A stretch of DNA of 63,961 nt, counting the filler, from Octopus bimaculoides (lineage: Eukaryota): assembly GCF_001194135.2 (NCBI RefSeq). It is 6 parts of 5 records of this genome, joined end to end, with 100 filler letters (N's around TTAATTAATTAA, not from the genome) between each part and the next. Parts side by side here need not be neighbours in the genome. Positions count along the whole stretch, not along the records: positions 25,846 to 41,415 come from NC_068984.1; positions 41,516 to 60,878 come from NC_068989.1; 4 more parts are not named here. One strand, given 5' to 3'. The notes beneath the pieces are model-generated. The model ran no database searches and was not told the DNA's origin. It worked only from the letters and a program-made list of their open reading frames with translations. Within the stretch, counting starts at the first letter, position 1, and the number at the start of each line of letters is the position of its first letter. The position numbers were made by a program, and so were the translations under genes. This document shows, piece after piece, positions 41,266 to 53,573 of the stretch.

Positions 41266-41415
41266 GTCTGTGAATCCCTAAAACTCGAGAACTACGCAAC
41301 CAATTTCATTCAAATTTTACACATGCCTTACTTAGGGTTCCAGTTGTGTTTTAGTCAAACAAATTATTAACTTCTTGCAGAGTTTGAGCACACGGCAACA
41401 TAACATCTCCTCCAC
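41159..41415 (+). mobile_element. 5' end of a non-autonomous Helitron-like element with (TCTG)n, cut by gap
   Basis: A|TCTATATATATAAAAATGAGAATG start, (TCTG)n, then ACTACGCAACCAATTTCATTCAAATTTT. Confidence 0.6.
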
Positions 41416-41515
41416 NNNNNNNNNNNNNNNNNNNNNNNNNNNNNNNNNNNNNNNNNNNNTTAATTAATTAANNNNNNNNNNNNNNNNNNNNNNNNNNNNN
41501 NNNNNNNNNNNNNNN

Positions 41516-41860
41516 ACATACCGACAAGACTATAAAAGCTAATAAACCGGATATTATTATAAAAGATCAGACAAAGAAGATGTGTTTATTAATTGACATG
41601 AATATTCCCTGTGATCATAATATAGCGGCGAAAGAATTTGACAAGATCAGTAAATATAAAGACTTGCTATTAGAAATTGAAAAAATGTGGCACCTCAAGG
41701 CGACTACCGTACCAGTGATTGTAGGATCTCTAGGAATGATAAAAAAAAAGTTACTGAAACCTATTTGAAAATGATACCAGGCTTACCATCCCTACAGGAA
41801 GTGCAAAAAATCGTGTTAACTGGAACGGCTCATGTAGTGAGAAGAGCATTATCGCTATGA
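41516..41860 (+). mobile_element. R4/Dong-type LINE, C-terminal restriction-like endonuclease fragment
   Basis: HTDKTIKANKPDIIIKD...CLLIDMNIPCD...KISKYKDL..EIEKMWHLKATTVPVIVGSLG...VLTGTAHVVRRALSL*. Confidence 0.9.
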
Positions 41861-42044
41861 ATGCAACATCCATTCATGAATTCATTTATTTATCAATTTT
41901 TTTTAAAGTACATATTTTAGCTGTGAATTTGCGTGTGTAAATTGGGAACGCATAGAATGAGCTTCTCTGCCCTAGGTGTACGGAAAACACTCGGCAAGAA
42001 ATAGGAGAAAATTTGAAGAAAGAAGAAAGAAAACATAATAGTAA

Positions 42045-42265
42045 TAATAGGAGCACTCAGAGAGCGCAAACCTCCACCAAGGCAACACCAACGTCCTCTC
42101 AACGATTAGTCGGAGATGATTTTAAAAACGAGAATATCTGAAATAAACTCGACTGCTCTCACAAACGAGAATACTACAAATGAAACCGACCGCTCTGAAA
42201 AATTCAGTAAAAAAAAAACGGAAAAATCATCCAGAATCCTTGTCCGGTACCTGATCGATCCTATT
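42045..42265 (+). mobile_element. Unclassified interspersed repeat end, possibly Helitron/Helentron-derived
   Basis: Starts GAGCACTCAGAGAGCGCAAACCTCCACCAAGGC, a terminus I recall from aquatic-animal rolling-circle repeats; not verified. Confidence 0.35.
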
Positions 42266-42399
42266 GGTAGTCTTAGAATGTGAAGGTGGCTGTAGAAAAT
42301 TTAGGAACAGCAATAAATAGTTTATCTTTATCTAATAGAAACCAAAGTTAACAAATTTCCCATTCAAAATAGTCTAAGAGGTGGAAGTAATAATAAGTT

Positions 42400-42900
42400 C
42401 TAGTCAGGCAAACGACTCCAACCAACTGTGAAACATGGCGGTATCTCTCTAACGGTATGGGGAGCTGTCACCAGCAATGGTCGTTCTGAGCTGATCGAAT
42501 GTTTTGGAACCATAAACTCTGAAAAATACATTGAAATACTTAAGCAAGGACTACTTCCGATGTATTCACACGATAACATAACGAAAAATGAGTTTTTATT
42601 CATGGAAGATGGGGCTCCATGCCACACAGCGAAAATGAATCAACAATGGCTAATAAAAATGGGATTAAAAAGCTTCCTTTTCTGAGCCAATCTCTAGACA
42701 TGTACCCAATTGAAAATCTTTCAAGAATAGACCTATACGAAAAATTCGACAGAAATCTAAATCTAAAGATGAATTGCTTTGATTGTTGCGTGAAAAGTTG
42801 GCAGAAATTCTACAAGAGACAATCACAAACCTCATCAGATCAATGCCAAAAAGAGGTTCTGAATTAAATACTGCAAAAGGAATGTCAACTAAATACTAAA
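42400..42900 (+). mobile_element. Tc1 transposase C-terminal fragment
   Basis: VKHGGISLTVWGAV...FMEDGAPCHTAK...SQSLDMYPIENL, frameshifted. Confidence 0.88.
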
Positions 42901-43077
42901 GTATGTAGTCTTACCTATCGATTACATTTCAGTTGTTCGCTTTGCGTATTAAATAAAAGATTTTGCAAATTAAAGATGTCTATTTACTTCCTGCAGGTCT
43001 GTGTATATGTAACTAAACGCGTGTTGTTGGTGATTTTTTTCCTTCTTTCAACTTTTCCGCTTTCGTCTCCATATATT

Positions 43078-43240
43078 TATATTTAAATATATAAGAGGAA
43101 TCCATTCCTCTTATCCACAAAATTAGGGACAAAATTTCATTTCGTTCCTTTCGAGATTTTGTCCCTAATTTTGTGGTTCTAGAACCTAGCAGTTCTTTCT
43201 AGAATTCCGTGAGTGGATTCCTCTTATGTATCTAAATATA
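43078..43240. mobile_element. 163-bp nested-palindrome MITE
   Basis: Outer arms 43078-43107 and 43211-43240 match 27/30; inner perfect 21-bp arms 43115-43135 and 43156-43176. Confidence 0.8.
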
Positions 43241-44134
43241 CACTGTACCTTATGAGTAATTTATAGTCTTTGGACTAAACTTTTATACGCTAGGCCATTT
43301 GGAGGTGAACATTTTTATTAATTTCCATTTCCCTTTGATATGATTAAGTATATATATATATATATGTGTGTCTGTGTGTGTGTGTGAACAACAACACGTA
43401 TCGAGCCTACTTACTGACTTAGACCGACGGTTGAAATTGTTTTAGTACTTATATATCTACACATCCGTAGTATCCTACTAACACATGATACCGCTAAGTG
43501 ACGAGGACGTAACCACACCAACATCGGTTGTCACGCGGAGGGGAGCGCAGACACAAACACACACACATAGATATATACATATCCATATATACGGCGGGCT
43601 TCTTTCAGTTTTTGTCCACCAAATTCGCTTACAAGTCTTTGGTCGGCTAGAGATTATAGTAGAACACACTTGCCCGAGGTGCCACGCAGTAAGACTAAAC
43701 CTAGAATCATGTGATTGGGAAGCAAGCTTTTTATCACACAGTCACACTTGATATATACATGTGGTGAGGGTGCGGGGGGGGTGTTTGTATANNNNNNNNN
43801 NNNNNNNNNNNNNNNNNNNNNNNNNNNNNNNNNNNNNNNNNNNNNNNNNNNNNNNNNNNNNNNNNNNNNNNNNNNNNNNNNNNNNNNNNNNNNNNNNNNN
43901 NNNNNNNNNNNNNNNNNNNNNNTATCCTCCATTTTCTAATTATTACACAAATTTTGGGTAAAACCTCCACTTTTACCCGCTCCCATTGATTGCACCTAGT
44001 ATAGCACTAGCGTAGCAATAATTGGGTACCCTCCCAGCAGTATACTGGATAGATACTATCCCTTAGTGGGTTGTATCCCTAACCCCTAACTCTCTCACGT
44101 TATATATATATATATATATTTGAGGAGAGAAAGA

Positions 44135-44169
<35 letters not shown>

Positions 44170-47100
44170 TGAAAGTTTATGCTTACAGAATTTTCTCTTC
44201 TTCAGCTTCCAAACCGGATTAAATGCATCTCGTTTTGCAATCACTGTTCGTAACTGGCAATGATTTTACAAACCACAGAATGCTGAAAGGGAATGTTTTT
44301 TTCTAACAGGAGCTAATACAAAAGCATGTATTTTGGAGCCATCGTACCGTTGCTCTGATGCTTATTGTATCTACCCCGAAGACTGCGAAATAAAATCGAT
44401 CTCAGCAATAAGGAAGTAAAAAAGAGGGCCGTAAGTAAAAATTATGAGGCAAATTGTCTTATATTCTAATGATTATAGCATACATGAGCCTATTTCGATG
44501 AACCATTAAATGCGAGAACAAAATAGAATTGCTTCGGAATTTGGAAAGGAAATCAATAAGTCATTAAAAACAAAAATAATCTTTCTCCAGTGTGAAACTT
44601 CCAAACAAATATATATTTAGGAAAATTTATGGAATTTTCCCTTGTAATAAAATCTGATAGTATTGCCAGATACAGAACGAAGTTTGCCAAAGTAATTTTA
44701 CTGGTTGATTTTACCACAAATAGTTATTCTGTCGAAGGAATAACTTATTCAATAGACATGAAATGTAGTTGTCAAATTTTGAGATTTATGGTTAACATGA
44801 ACTTTAAATTGATGTTACAAAAATCAGGTGTTATTTAGCAAAATTCTGTAAGAAACAAATCGTTCTTTGCAAAATAATGCAGCGTGTAATTGTGTCTCTT
44901 GGTATGTTACCAAAGCACTAAATATTTGATAAAAAAGAACAATGAATAATGAATAATGAAGTTATGATATTCTTGTTTTCATTTGCAGTTTAACGAAAGA
45001 TTGTCTTCATCAATTGAGAATCGAACACGGAATTAGAATTCAAAAGCTGGCTGTTTTTCATTGTCCCCGTGCTATTATTCAACATTATACAGCAGCATAT
45101 TCTTCCCATACTGCTCTTCTAATTAATCAACAGGCTTTTAACACTGAACGGAGAGATTTATGGCTTATACACAAATACGTTTTCCATCAGTAAAATGGAA
45201 TCATTTCAGTCGGTGATTGGTACATCCTCCCTGTTATGATCCGCTCGCCAAAGAATTCAGTAAATCATAGGTGTTTATTGGCTTCATTTCATTAAGTGAG
45301 GAGACCCTTTAGTTTTTGCCCAAATTTTTATTGGCTGCTTCGGTGGGAAAATTCACTTTTCAACCACTTTATTCGAGGTTAGGCCATACGGAGCATCACT
45401 TGGGACAAATACCTGTTACCTTATCTTGGAATTCATTCAAGCTTTGAGAATGAAATTTGATTTTAAAAAAACAAAAAAAAAACAGTACAAAACCCTTTAA
45501 GAACGAAAATAACCACTTTCTAGCTTGAAAATTCGGACTAAAATTGAGAAAGGGAATACAGAAACCCAATGATCTAAAAGAATCGATCTTGGCGGGTTTT
45601 GAATCAAACCGAACTAATTCAAACTAATTCAAACTCTCAAAATGTATTTCGATTTCAACTAAACCTCACCAGAGTGGTACAGATTTTCATAGCTTTCATT
45701 AGTTGGTATTACAAACACTATGCATCGACAGAACCCATTTTTGAGTGGTGGTCTAAATCCGTCCTTTAGTTTAACGCCAAAATCTAATTCTATTATTCTT
45801 TAGTGCAGTCCTTATTTTTCCAAGCATTCAGGTGAGATCTGCACTCTAACAATAACTTATTATTATTAGATTATTATTGTTATATTACTGCTCTCTACTT
45901 CGGAAATTTCGGAGTTGTGATATCTTGTTTCCTACCAGCATTATTGAAGACACTTGAGAAGGTTATGGATGCTTCAGGTCTTCCTTCGACTAAGCCGTTA
46001 CGAATCTAAAGCGCAAGAGGAGACATCCTGCGAACTGTACATTTTTCTTTGAAATAGTAGAATGAAAGGAAGAATGTATTGTCTAAATGTCTTATAAATA
46101 AATTATTTTTCATTCAACAAGAATATCTTTTGAAAAATATTTAGGCCGATAGTTTACATCCCTATAAGGATATAACACCGAGAAAGACCTGATTGAAAGT
46201 GGGCTGAACACATCATTCTCTGTCAGATTAAGTGCAATCTGAACTACGCTAAAACTACTTTCTTTTTAAGACAATACAGTGAAATATGAAGGAGATTCAG
46301 TTATTATTTCTAAAAAGTTAAGAAATCACATACACATCTTCACGTCAGCTTTGTTGCACAGAATAAATAACGACAACATAGGAATATAATATATCAATGT
46401 TTATTGGTTTGTAAATTAGGAAAAGCAAATCTCAAATTTGGGAATAGATATGATTGATTATATCTAACAGGTCCTCAACTGTTAATTTTATTGAGCCTGT
46501 TAGTATGAAAAGTAATATTGACCACAAAGTGTTGTGAAATTAGGTGTAAATAACCCCATTTAAATAACGCTCTAACGATAATATAGTGAGCGGTTACGAT
46601 AAGTATATCTTAAGTCAACAATGGGAATATCGTTATCTTGAAAATATTGGCTACTAAAGATTTCAGATATGAATTTTACACCATTTTCATTATATTTTCG
46701 CAACATTTCTTTTCCTTACACTACTATTCCCTGAAGCATTCACTCTTTCTTTCTTGCGACACATACCAATGATATTATGTATGGAATTATATATATGCGT
46801 ATATTTATACACTTAGATATATGAGCATATATGCTTACATAAATACATATATGTGTGGAGGTGCGTATGTGCGTGTATACATTCATTTATATATATATAT
46901 GTATAGATATATATATAAATTCATATAAATGTATATATATGTACACGCAAACACATACATACACACAAACGTGAGGGGTGTCCTAACTAGTTATAATAAT
47001 GCAGGTCTAACTTTAGCATATTGAGGCTGTCAGGCAGATTTAGCGTGATAATTAGGACTGCTATATCCTTCAGGCACACACAAGATTGGATCACCTTTGA

Positions 47101-47189
47101 TGATATTTACTTGGTCTACGCCTCCTAAAATTATCGCAAGTAAAATACCATATATCATTCGAGAATATACCTATATTAAATAAGAAATG

Positions 47190-47930
47190 TCCTTAAAAAG
47201 ATATACACGATAAACATATAACCAACGATGCTGTATTATCCTTAACGTCTTGTGAAATTCCTTTCAAACTATCCATGCATTCTCATTTCAAGAAGGTCTT
47301 TTCTCTTCTCCTCAGCTCTTTGGTTAAACTCTTCCTTGCCTATCATTTCATCTGCATTTACACCCATATTTTCGCGGTATATTGCAGCAGGTCTTCATCA
47401 CTATTTATCAAATACTCGGCAAGCGTTCTCCTTTCTCTCCTTATACAATGGTCTATACTAATTAGTTCACCGCCACCATTCTTTTTGTTCATATACAATC
47501 TTACAAACTGTTTACGTTTACTTTCGGGTGTGGCGCTCCATGCAACATCATCAACCGTCTCGTCCTTCTATTCCGTGTTGATATTTCCTCCTTAGTCCAT
47601 TTCAGGTTGGACCCACTATATTTGACCACCATAACTGCCCAGATATTCTTTGCGGTATTCAAAGTTTTAGCATTCAGGCTGGATTTCAACAACATCTTCC
47701 CACTCTTTTTGATACGCCTCGCTCTCCTTGACTTTCATTTCTCTGTGTAGAATGTCATCTAGCTCCAAAATCCCTATATATTTATACCCGCTACCGTCGG
47801 GTTCACTCATAGCCTCTCCTGATAGTAACCGCAATCCTCTGTCGACTGCTTTCTTCCACTTTTCATATTATGTACTGAGCATTTGGTGATCCCAAATTCC
47901 ATACCGATATCCCTACCACATTTCTGTACT
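47190..47930 (-). mobile_element. R4/Dong LINE reverse-transcriptase C-terminal fragment
   Basis: LLKSSLNAKTLNTAKNIWAVMVVKYSG..LKWTKEEI...TRRLMMLHGAPHPKVNVNSL. Confidence 0.85.
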
Positions 47931-47957
47931 GTCATTATTATTATGATTATTATTTTA

Positions 47958-48960
47958 TGTTTGACTTTTGCTTTGCATTTGTACAAGTTGGATCCAAGTC
48001 TCACCCAAAGACCTCAAGAGACAACAAGTTAGAAGTAGGTGTTATGCCCAGAGTACCATATATTTGGATTTGTACAGTTTTGTTCTAGTGAATGTTTAAG
48101 AAACCATAAGAAAATTATGTGTTAGAATTGAACTGTTTGTTTTGTTCAAAGGAACGTTGGCGTTTCTCAAATCGGCGGATTCTTTGTGCTTTGGTGAGGA
48201 TCCCTTGCTCTAGCTGTTCTTTTACCTCAGGTATATTTTGTTCTGTGATTTTGTATTTACGTAGAATTTTCCTTCTCTTCTTGTTGCATAGTAATGTTGA
48301 TTGTCTAATAGTTTCATTAAGGATTGACAGAACCTTTCTCTTATTTTCTATTTTTTCTGAATATTATTTATCCACAAGGTTTTGTTTGGGTGGACGATAC
48401 TCCTGTTTGAATAGGTTTGTTCTGTGGATTAGCCTTTCTTTCACTGCATTCACCAGCCTCTCCATCATACGGCGAACTATAGGATCCAACCCTGGATGGT
48501 ATAGTATGGAGTACCGGTTGTTGCCTGTAAAAGTGTCCTTCCTCTCCACGTCTCAGACACTTGAGAAGCAACAGCACGGTAGTTACTATTTGGCGCCAAC
48601 ATCCTCATAGAAGTTGCCAAAACCGGGTTGTAGACAACGTCGAACCTATTCAGGTGCTCCAACTCCCGATTTTTCCTTAGTATTTACTACCGCAGCTTCC
48701 CCCATCTGTGTATGGCCGCAAGCAACAGAGGTTTACAATCAATGTTTTTCTTCTCTTTGGCGTATTTCCCCATCACACTAACGAGCTTCATCTGCACAAC
48801 TAACTCACTAAGTAACCCATAGCTGGAATCCTGTCAGGGGTTATTACTCCGGCGCAGATTAGACCTGGGAACAATAGCGGCTAAGATGCGGTTCCTCACT
48901 TGTCAAAACCTCGAATCCCCGCACAAAGACTCCACTATTGGATGCCGTTTCAAGTCATTT
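47958..48960 (-). mobile_element. Internally deleted R4/Dong element: 5' region and N-terminal ORF joined to a 3' UTR with (TAA)n tail
   Basis: ILRKYKIT...KEQLEQGILTKAQRIRRFEKRQRSFEQNK ends at ~48130, followed by non-coding sequence and ATAATAAT. Confidence 0.7.
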
Positions 48961-50470
48961 ATAGTATAAACATTGCACTAAGTACATTCTATACAGAAAT
49001 AAACGGGATAGTATCGACTAATATTCTTTCGATCAGGGAGCAGCTTATATAGAAATCATCAACTTTAAACAACAGTCTGCTGCCTTAGTTTAGACGTCAA
49101 TTATTAATAAAGTAGTAGCAGGTTCAGAAATAGTGCTAAGCGCCGGCCTTTAAATAGTGTTTAGATTTTGCAAATAATATTCAAATAAACTTTAGATTTC
49201 CGGCACTACCTCAGCAAGTGCATAAGCGCACACAGACACATATAATGATATACTTACATAGACATATAGAAATAGGCACAGATACATATGTACACATATA
49301 CATATGTACATATATTAGCGTAAGAGCTGTGATAGTTATAAAAAATATATATTTCATGTAGCGCAAGAATTATCTAATATAGCAATGAATATGTTGAGTG
49401 TAGAGAATAGATTTATTTATTACACGAAAGCTTGAAAGTCTCTACTCTGAGTTTAGTCTTTCGTTGGTCTGCTGAAAGAATACAGCAACTCGGTTAAGGC
49501 TGAAACACGGAGTAAATTCAGCATTTGATGTAGCATGAAGCATACATACATGTATGCATGCATACATACATACATACATCCATACATACATACATACATA
49601 CACACACACACATAGATATACATATATTCATGCAGAACCAATACATATACATAGGCATAAATACTTACATGCACAAATATATATGCATACACACATAAAC
49701 ACACACACACATTCATATACGCATACGTATAAATGCACACATACATATATATGAACATATATGCATAGATAAATTCCAACATACATATGTGTGAATTTCT
49801 ACAGATAAAGTGAAGGCAAAAATGATTTCTCTAAGAGAAATTTAAATCAGTCAATAATTAAAATAACATAACTGACAAACTGGTATAAACTTGTCTCTAC
49901 ATTTCGTAAATATGAAAAGAAAAAACACTGTGCGTGAGCGTGCAATGGGAGTGGGATGTTGAACATTCAACGCTGAAAAGAAAGGTCAAACAGCGTTTCA
50001 ACTCTGTGTGAGTATATGTGTGTATGTGTGTGATTGCACAAGGGAAGTGTGTGAATGTTTCTATATGTGAACCAGCGCGTCCCAGCATGTCAATGAGAAA
50101 GGAAGGGGTGGTAAATGAATAAGAAAGGAAAGGGTGATGGCAAACTTGTTAGTGAGATGATGGAAATTCTACGGTGAAAAACAATCAAACAGCGTTTCAG
50201 TTCTGTGTAAGTATATGTGTGTTTGTGTCAAAGGGAGGTATGTGGATGTTTGGATGTGTGTATGTATGCAACGGAAGTGGGATGGTGAACATTCAACGCT
50301 GGCAAGAAAAATCAAACAGCGTTTCAAATCTGTGTGAGTATATGCGTGTATGTGTGTGTGCGCGCACAAGAGAAGTATGTGAATGTCGTATGTGTAAATC
50401 AGCGTTCTTTCAGTAGCAAACGTTGATCGATGTCGCATCTCAAAAGACAATCACGAGATAATATTGACAA

Positions 50471-50645
50471 GTGCGCAGGAGTGGCTGTGTGGTAAGTAGC
50501 TTGCTTATCAACCACATGGTTCTTGGTTCAATCCCATTGCGTGGCACCTCGAGCAAGTGTCTTCTACTATGGCCTCGGGCCGACCAAAGCCTTGTGAGTG
50601 GATTTAGTAGACGGAAACTGAAAGAAACCCGCCGTATATATGTAT

Positions 50646-50711
<66 letters not shown>

Positions 50712-50935
50712 ATGTGTGTGTATATGTTTGTGTGTCTGTGTTTGTCCCCCTAACATCGCTTGACAATCGATGCTGGTGATTTTACGTCCCCGTAGCCTAG
50801 CGGTTCAGCAAAAGAGACTGATAGAATAAGTACTAGGCTTACAAAGAATAAGTCGGGGTTGATTTACTCGACTAAAAGGCGGTGCTCCAGCATGGCCGCA
50901 GTCAAATGACTGAAACAAGTAAAAGAGTAAAAGAG
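50471..50935 (+). mobile_element. Full-length SINE family A with internal (TA)/(CA)/(TG) microsatellite and GTAAAAGA tail
   Basis: tRNA-like A box TGGCTGTGTGGTAAG, B box GGTTCAATCCC (50525), conserved body; more than 10 copies in the window. Confidence 0.93.
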
Positions 50936-51377
50936 TGAGTGTATTAATTTGTTTACCATCCATATTTTGTCTGTTTTGTTAAAAATAATTATTACAGTCA
51001 CACACACCTACGCAAAAATATACATATTCTAACTCATTGGAGGAAATAATTATTGCCTGAGTGTGTATCAAGAATATAAAACGACTGCAGTTGAAAGGCA
51101 TGTTATAAATAATTTAACAGCTTATACATGTCCTTAAATTATTTATATTAAGAAATTTTTACCCAGCATTCTTTCAGTAACTATTTATAAACTAACCAGA
51201 GTTCTTTCAGTAATTACCGATGATCAATGTCACATCTCAAAATACAATCACTAGATTACATTGAGAAGTGTATCAACTTGAATTACCATCCATGGTTTAT
51301 CTGTTGTGCTGTTGTTGTGTTACAAATAACTATTACAATCACACACATCTACTCAGATCTCTCTCTCTCTCTCTCTT

Positions 51378-51414
<37 letters not shown>

Positions 51415-51682
51415 CATAATATGGTAAAAATTCGATATTAATTAATATCAATTTAATAACAGGAAACTAGCACATTAAAAGAATCAGAAGGTTCAGGAAA
51501 AATCCTTTTTCGAGATCCTAAAAAGATTATAGTTCTTGTGTATATAAGATTGACCAGTAACCGGTCTGTCAATATGCTAGAAGAAGAAGAAGATCACTTA
51601 AAAAATTCTCAAATAAGGATTCAGCGGAGGTATGTACAATTTTCACTGGTCTCGCCCGCCTGTTTTTGCTCCGCTGAATCCT

Positions 51683-51746
<64 letters not shown>

Positions 51747-51859
51747 AAGTAATGAGTGTATCAAGAATATAAAACGATTGCAGTTGAAAAGTATATAATA
51801 AATTTTGAATAGGAAGTTTTTACAGTATCAGCTATAAGTCACGGACTGCTTTTTGTGGT

Positions 51860-52139
51860 TTTATGTCGTATGAGTTAAGGTTCGTTTCGGTAATGCAGAG
51901 TGCAATTAAAAATAAACGTCGCTTCGAAAATGTTGGAATTTACTTGTCAGCTCCCGCATTTAGACACGGCCAGCTTTATGGGGCCTTAAGTCGCATAAGA
52001 AGGAAGAAAAACTTCAAAATTCTTTTGAAGGAAGCAAACGTTCAAGGGATGTTAGGTGCTGATAAACTAGGTTTTGTATCTTACTTATGTATAAAATACT
52101 ACAATTAGCCGTCATTTTTGACGGCACGGGGTCAACTAG
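51860..52139 (+). mobile_element. Helitron 3' terminus with PIF1-helicase remnant
   Basis: FENVGIYLSAPAFRHGQLYGALSRI (cf. VGIYL..PVFSHGQLYVALSRV); hairpin GCCGTCA-TTTT-TGACGGC at 52108-52125; CTAG at 52136-52139 followed by T. Confidence 0.92.
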
Positions 52140-53189
52140 TCTTGTGATACTTCTGCTTGTCACTGCGTTACTTAGCCCGTCGGTAACTCTTCGCCTGGTT
52201 AGAGAAACAGACAGAGAAATACAAGAGGGAGAGAGAAAAGGAGGGAGGGAGAAGCGTCCATGACGTGAGATAGAGGGAATATAATGGTAACGCTTTCACG
52301 CGATTAGTTGAAGGGAAAGAGAAGAGAAAGAAAATGGAGAGAGAAAAAGAGGATAACGCGAAGAGTGAGACAGAAAGAGGAAGGAAGAGAAGGAGGAAGA
52401 AGAGAGAAGCATCCATGACGTGAGGTAGGGGAAACGTAGTATTTATTACATATATGTGTGCGTATGTACGTATGTATGTATGACTACACATACCTGCTTA
52501 TGCATATGTATGTGTGTGTGTGTGCCTATGTAAAGATATGAAAATGTACATCTATGGCTGGAAATCAAAATAAAACAGGTCGATAAAATGCTTAGTTTTA
52601 AAAGAAGTTTGTGCAAGTTTCATTTCCTATCCTTTTTATTAAAGAAGAAACCGAGCCCTATATAGAGTCGATATTTTTCTCTTGCTTCCACAATCTTGAG
52701 CAGAAATTTTGCACTATGTCTACGTATACCTTTACTTCTACGTTATTACTTTCTTGCTGCTCTGATATGACCCATGCGGTCTAATACAGCCTTTGATTTG
52801 TCAATTCCAGTGTTCACAACATGTGTTATTTTCCATCACTAGTGAATACGTCTTTCCAGAAGCCGTAATTACCCACCTCTCTCAACAGCGTACAGTCAAA
52901 TGGATATTGTATTATGTCGTTAATCCAGATGATGTTGTTGATTCTTTTCTTTTCCTCCTGGTGGTCGTTCATCTTGGATGTTATCTCATGTTGTCCATAT
53001 ATTGTTTCTGTAAGCAATGTAATGTCAAATAAAAGACACCTCACCAAGAATATCTGACTTCCTTTTAACCTACGCCTGAGTCTAGTACTGATTCAACTAG
53101 TTCAATACTTCACAAAACTAATTGCTTCAGAAGATAAAGTGATGTGTATATATGTGCATGTATGTACCACTCTCTTTCTCTTTCTCACA

Positions 53190-53232
<43 letters not shown>

Positions 53233-53451
53233 NNNNNNNNNNCTCTCTCTCTCTCTCTCTCTCTCAGTATTGATGTATATATACACACAAACATACATAC
53301 CTATATACATATATTCATGCATATACAAATTTGCGCTATGCACATATACATGCATGTACATGTAAATACACACATACACAAACGCATATATATTATGAAT
53401 GATGTAGTTGGATAAGTAAACAGACAGAGACGCTGACAGGTTGATAGATAA

Positions 53452-53505
<54 letters not shown>

Positions 53506-53534
53506 TTTGATAAATAGATAGATAGACAGACATG

Positions 53535-53573
<39 letters not shown>

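Noticed and set aside
44206-45200. Strong + strand acceptors (TTCTTCAG ~44205, ATTTGCAG ~44988) as downstream LMLN exons
   Set aside because: Phase-compatible translations show no similarity to the expected Cys-rich LMLN C-terminal segments.
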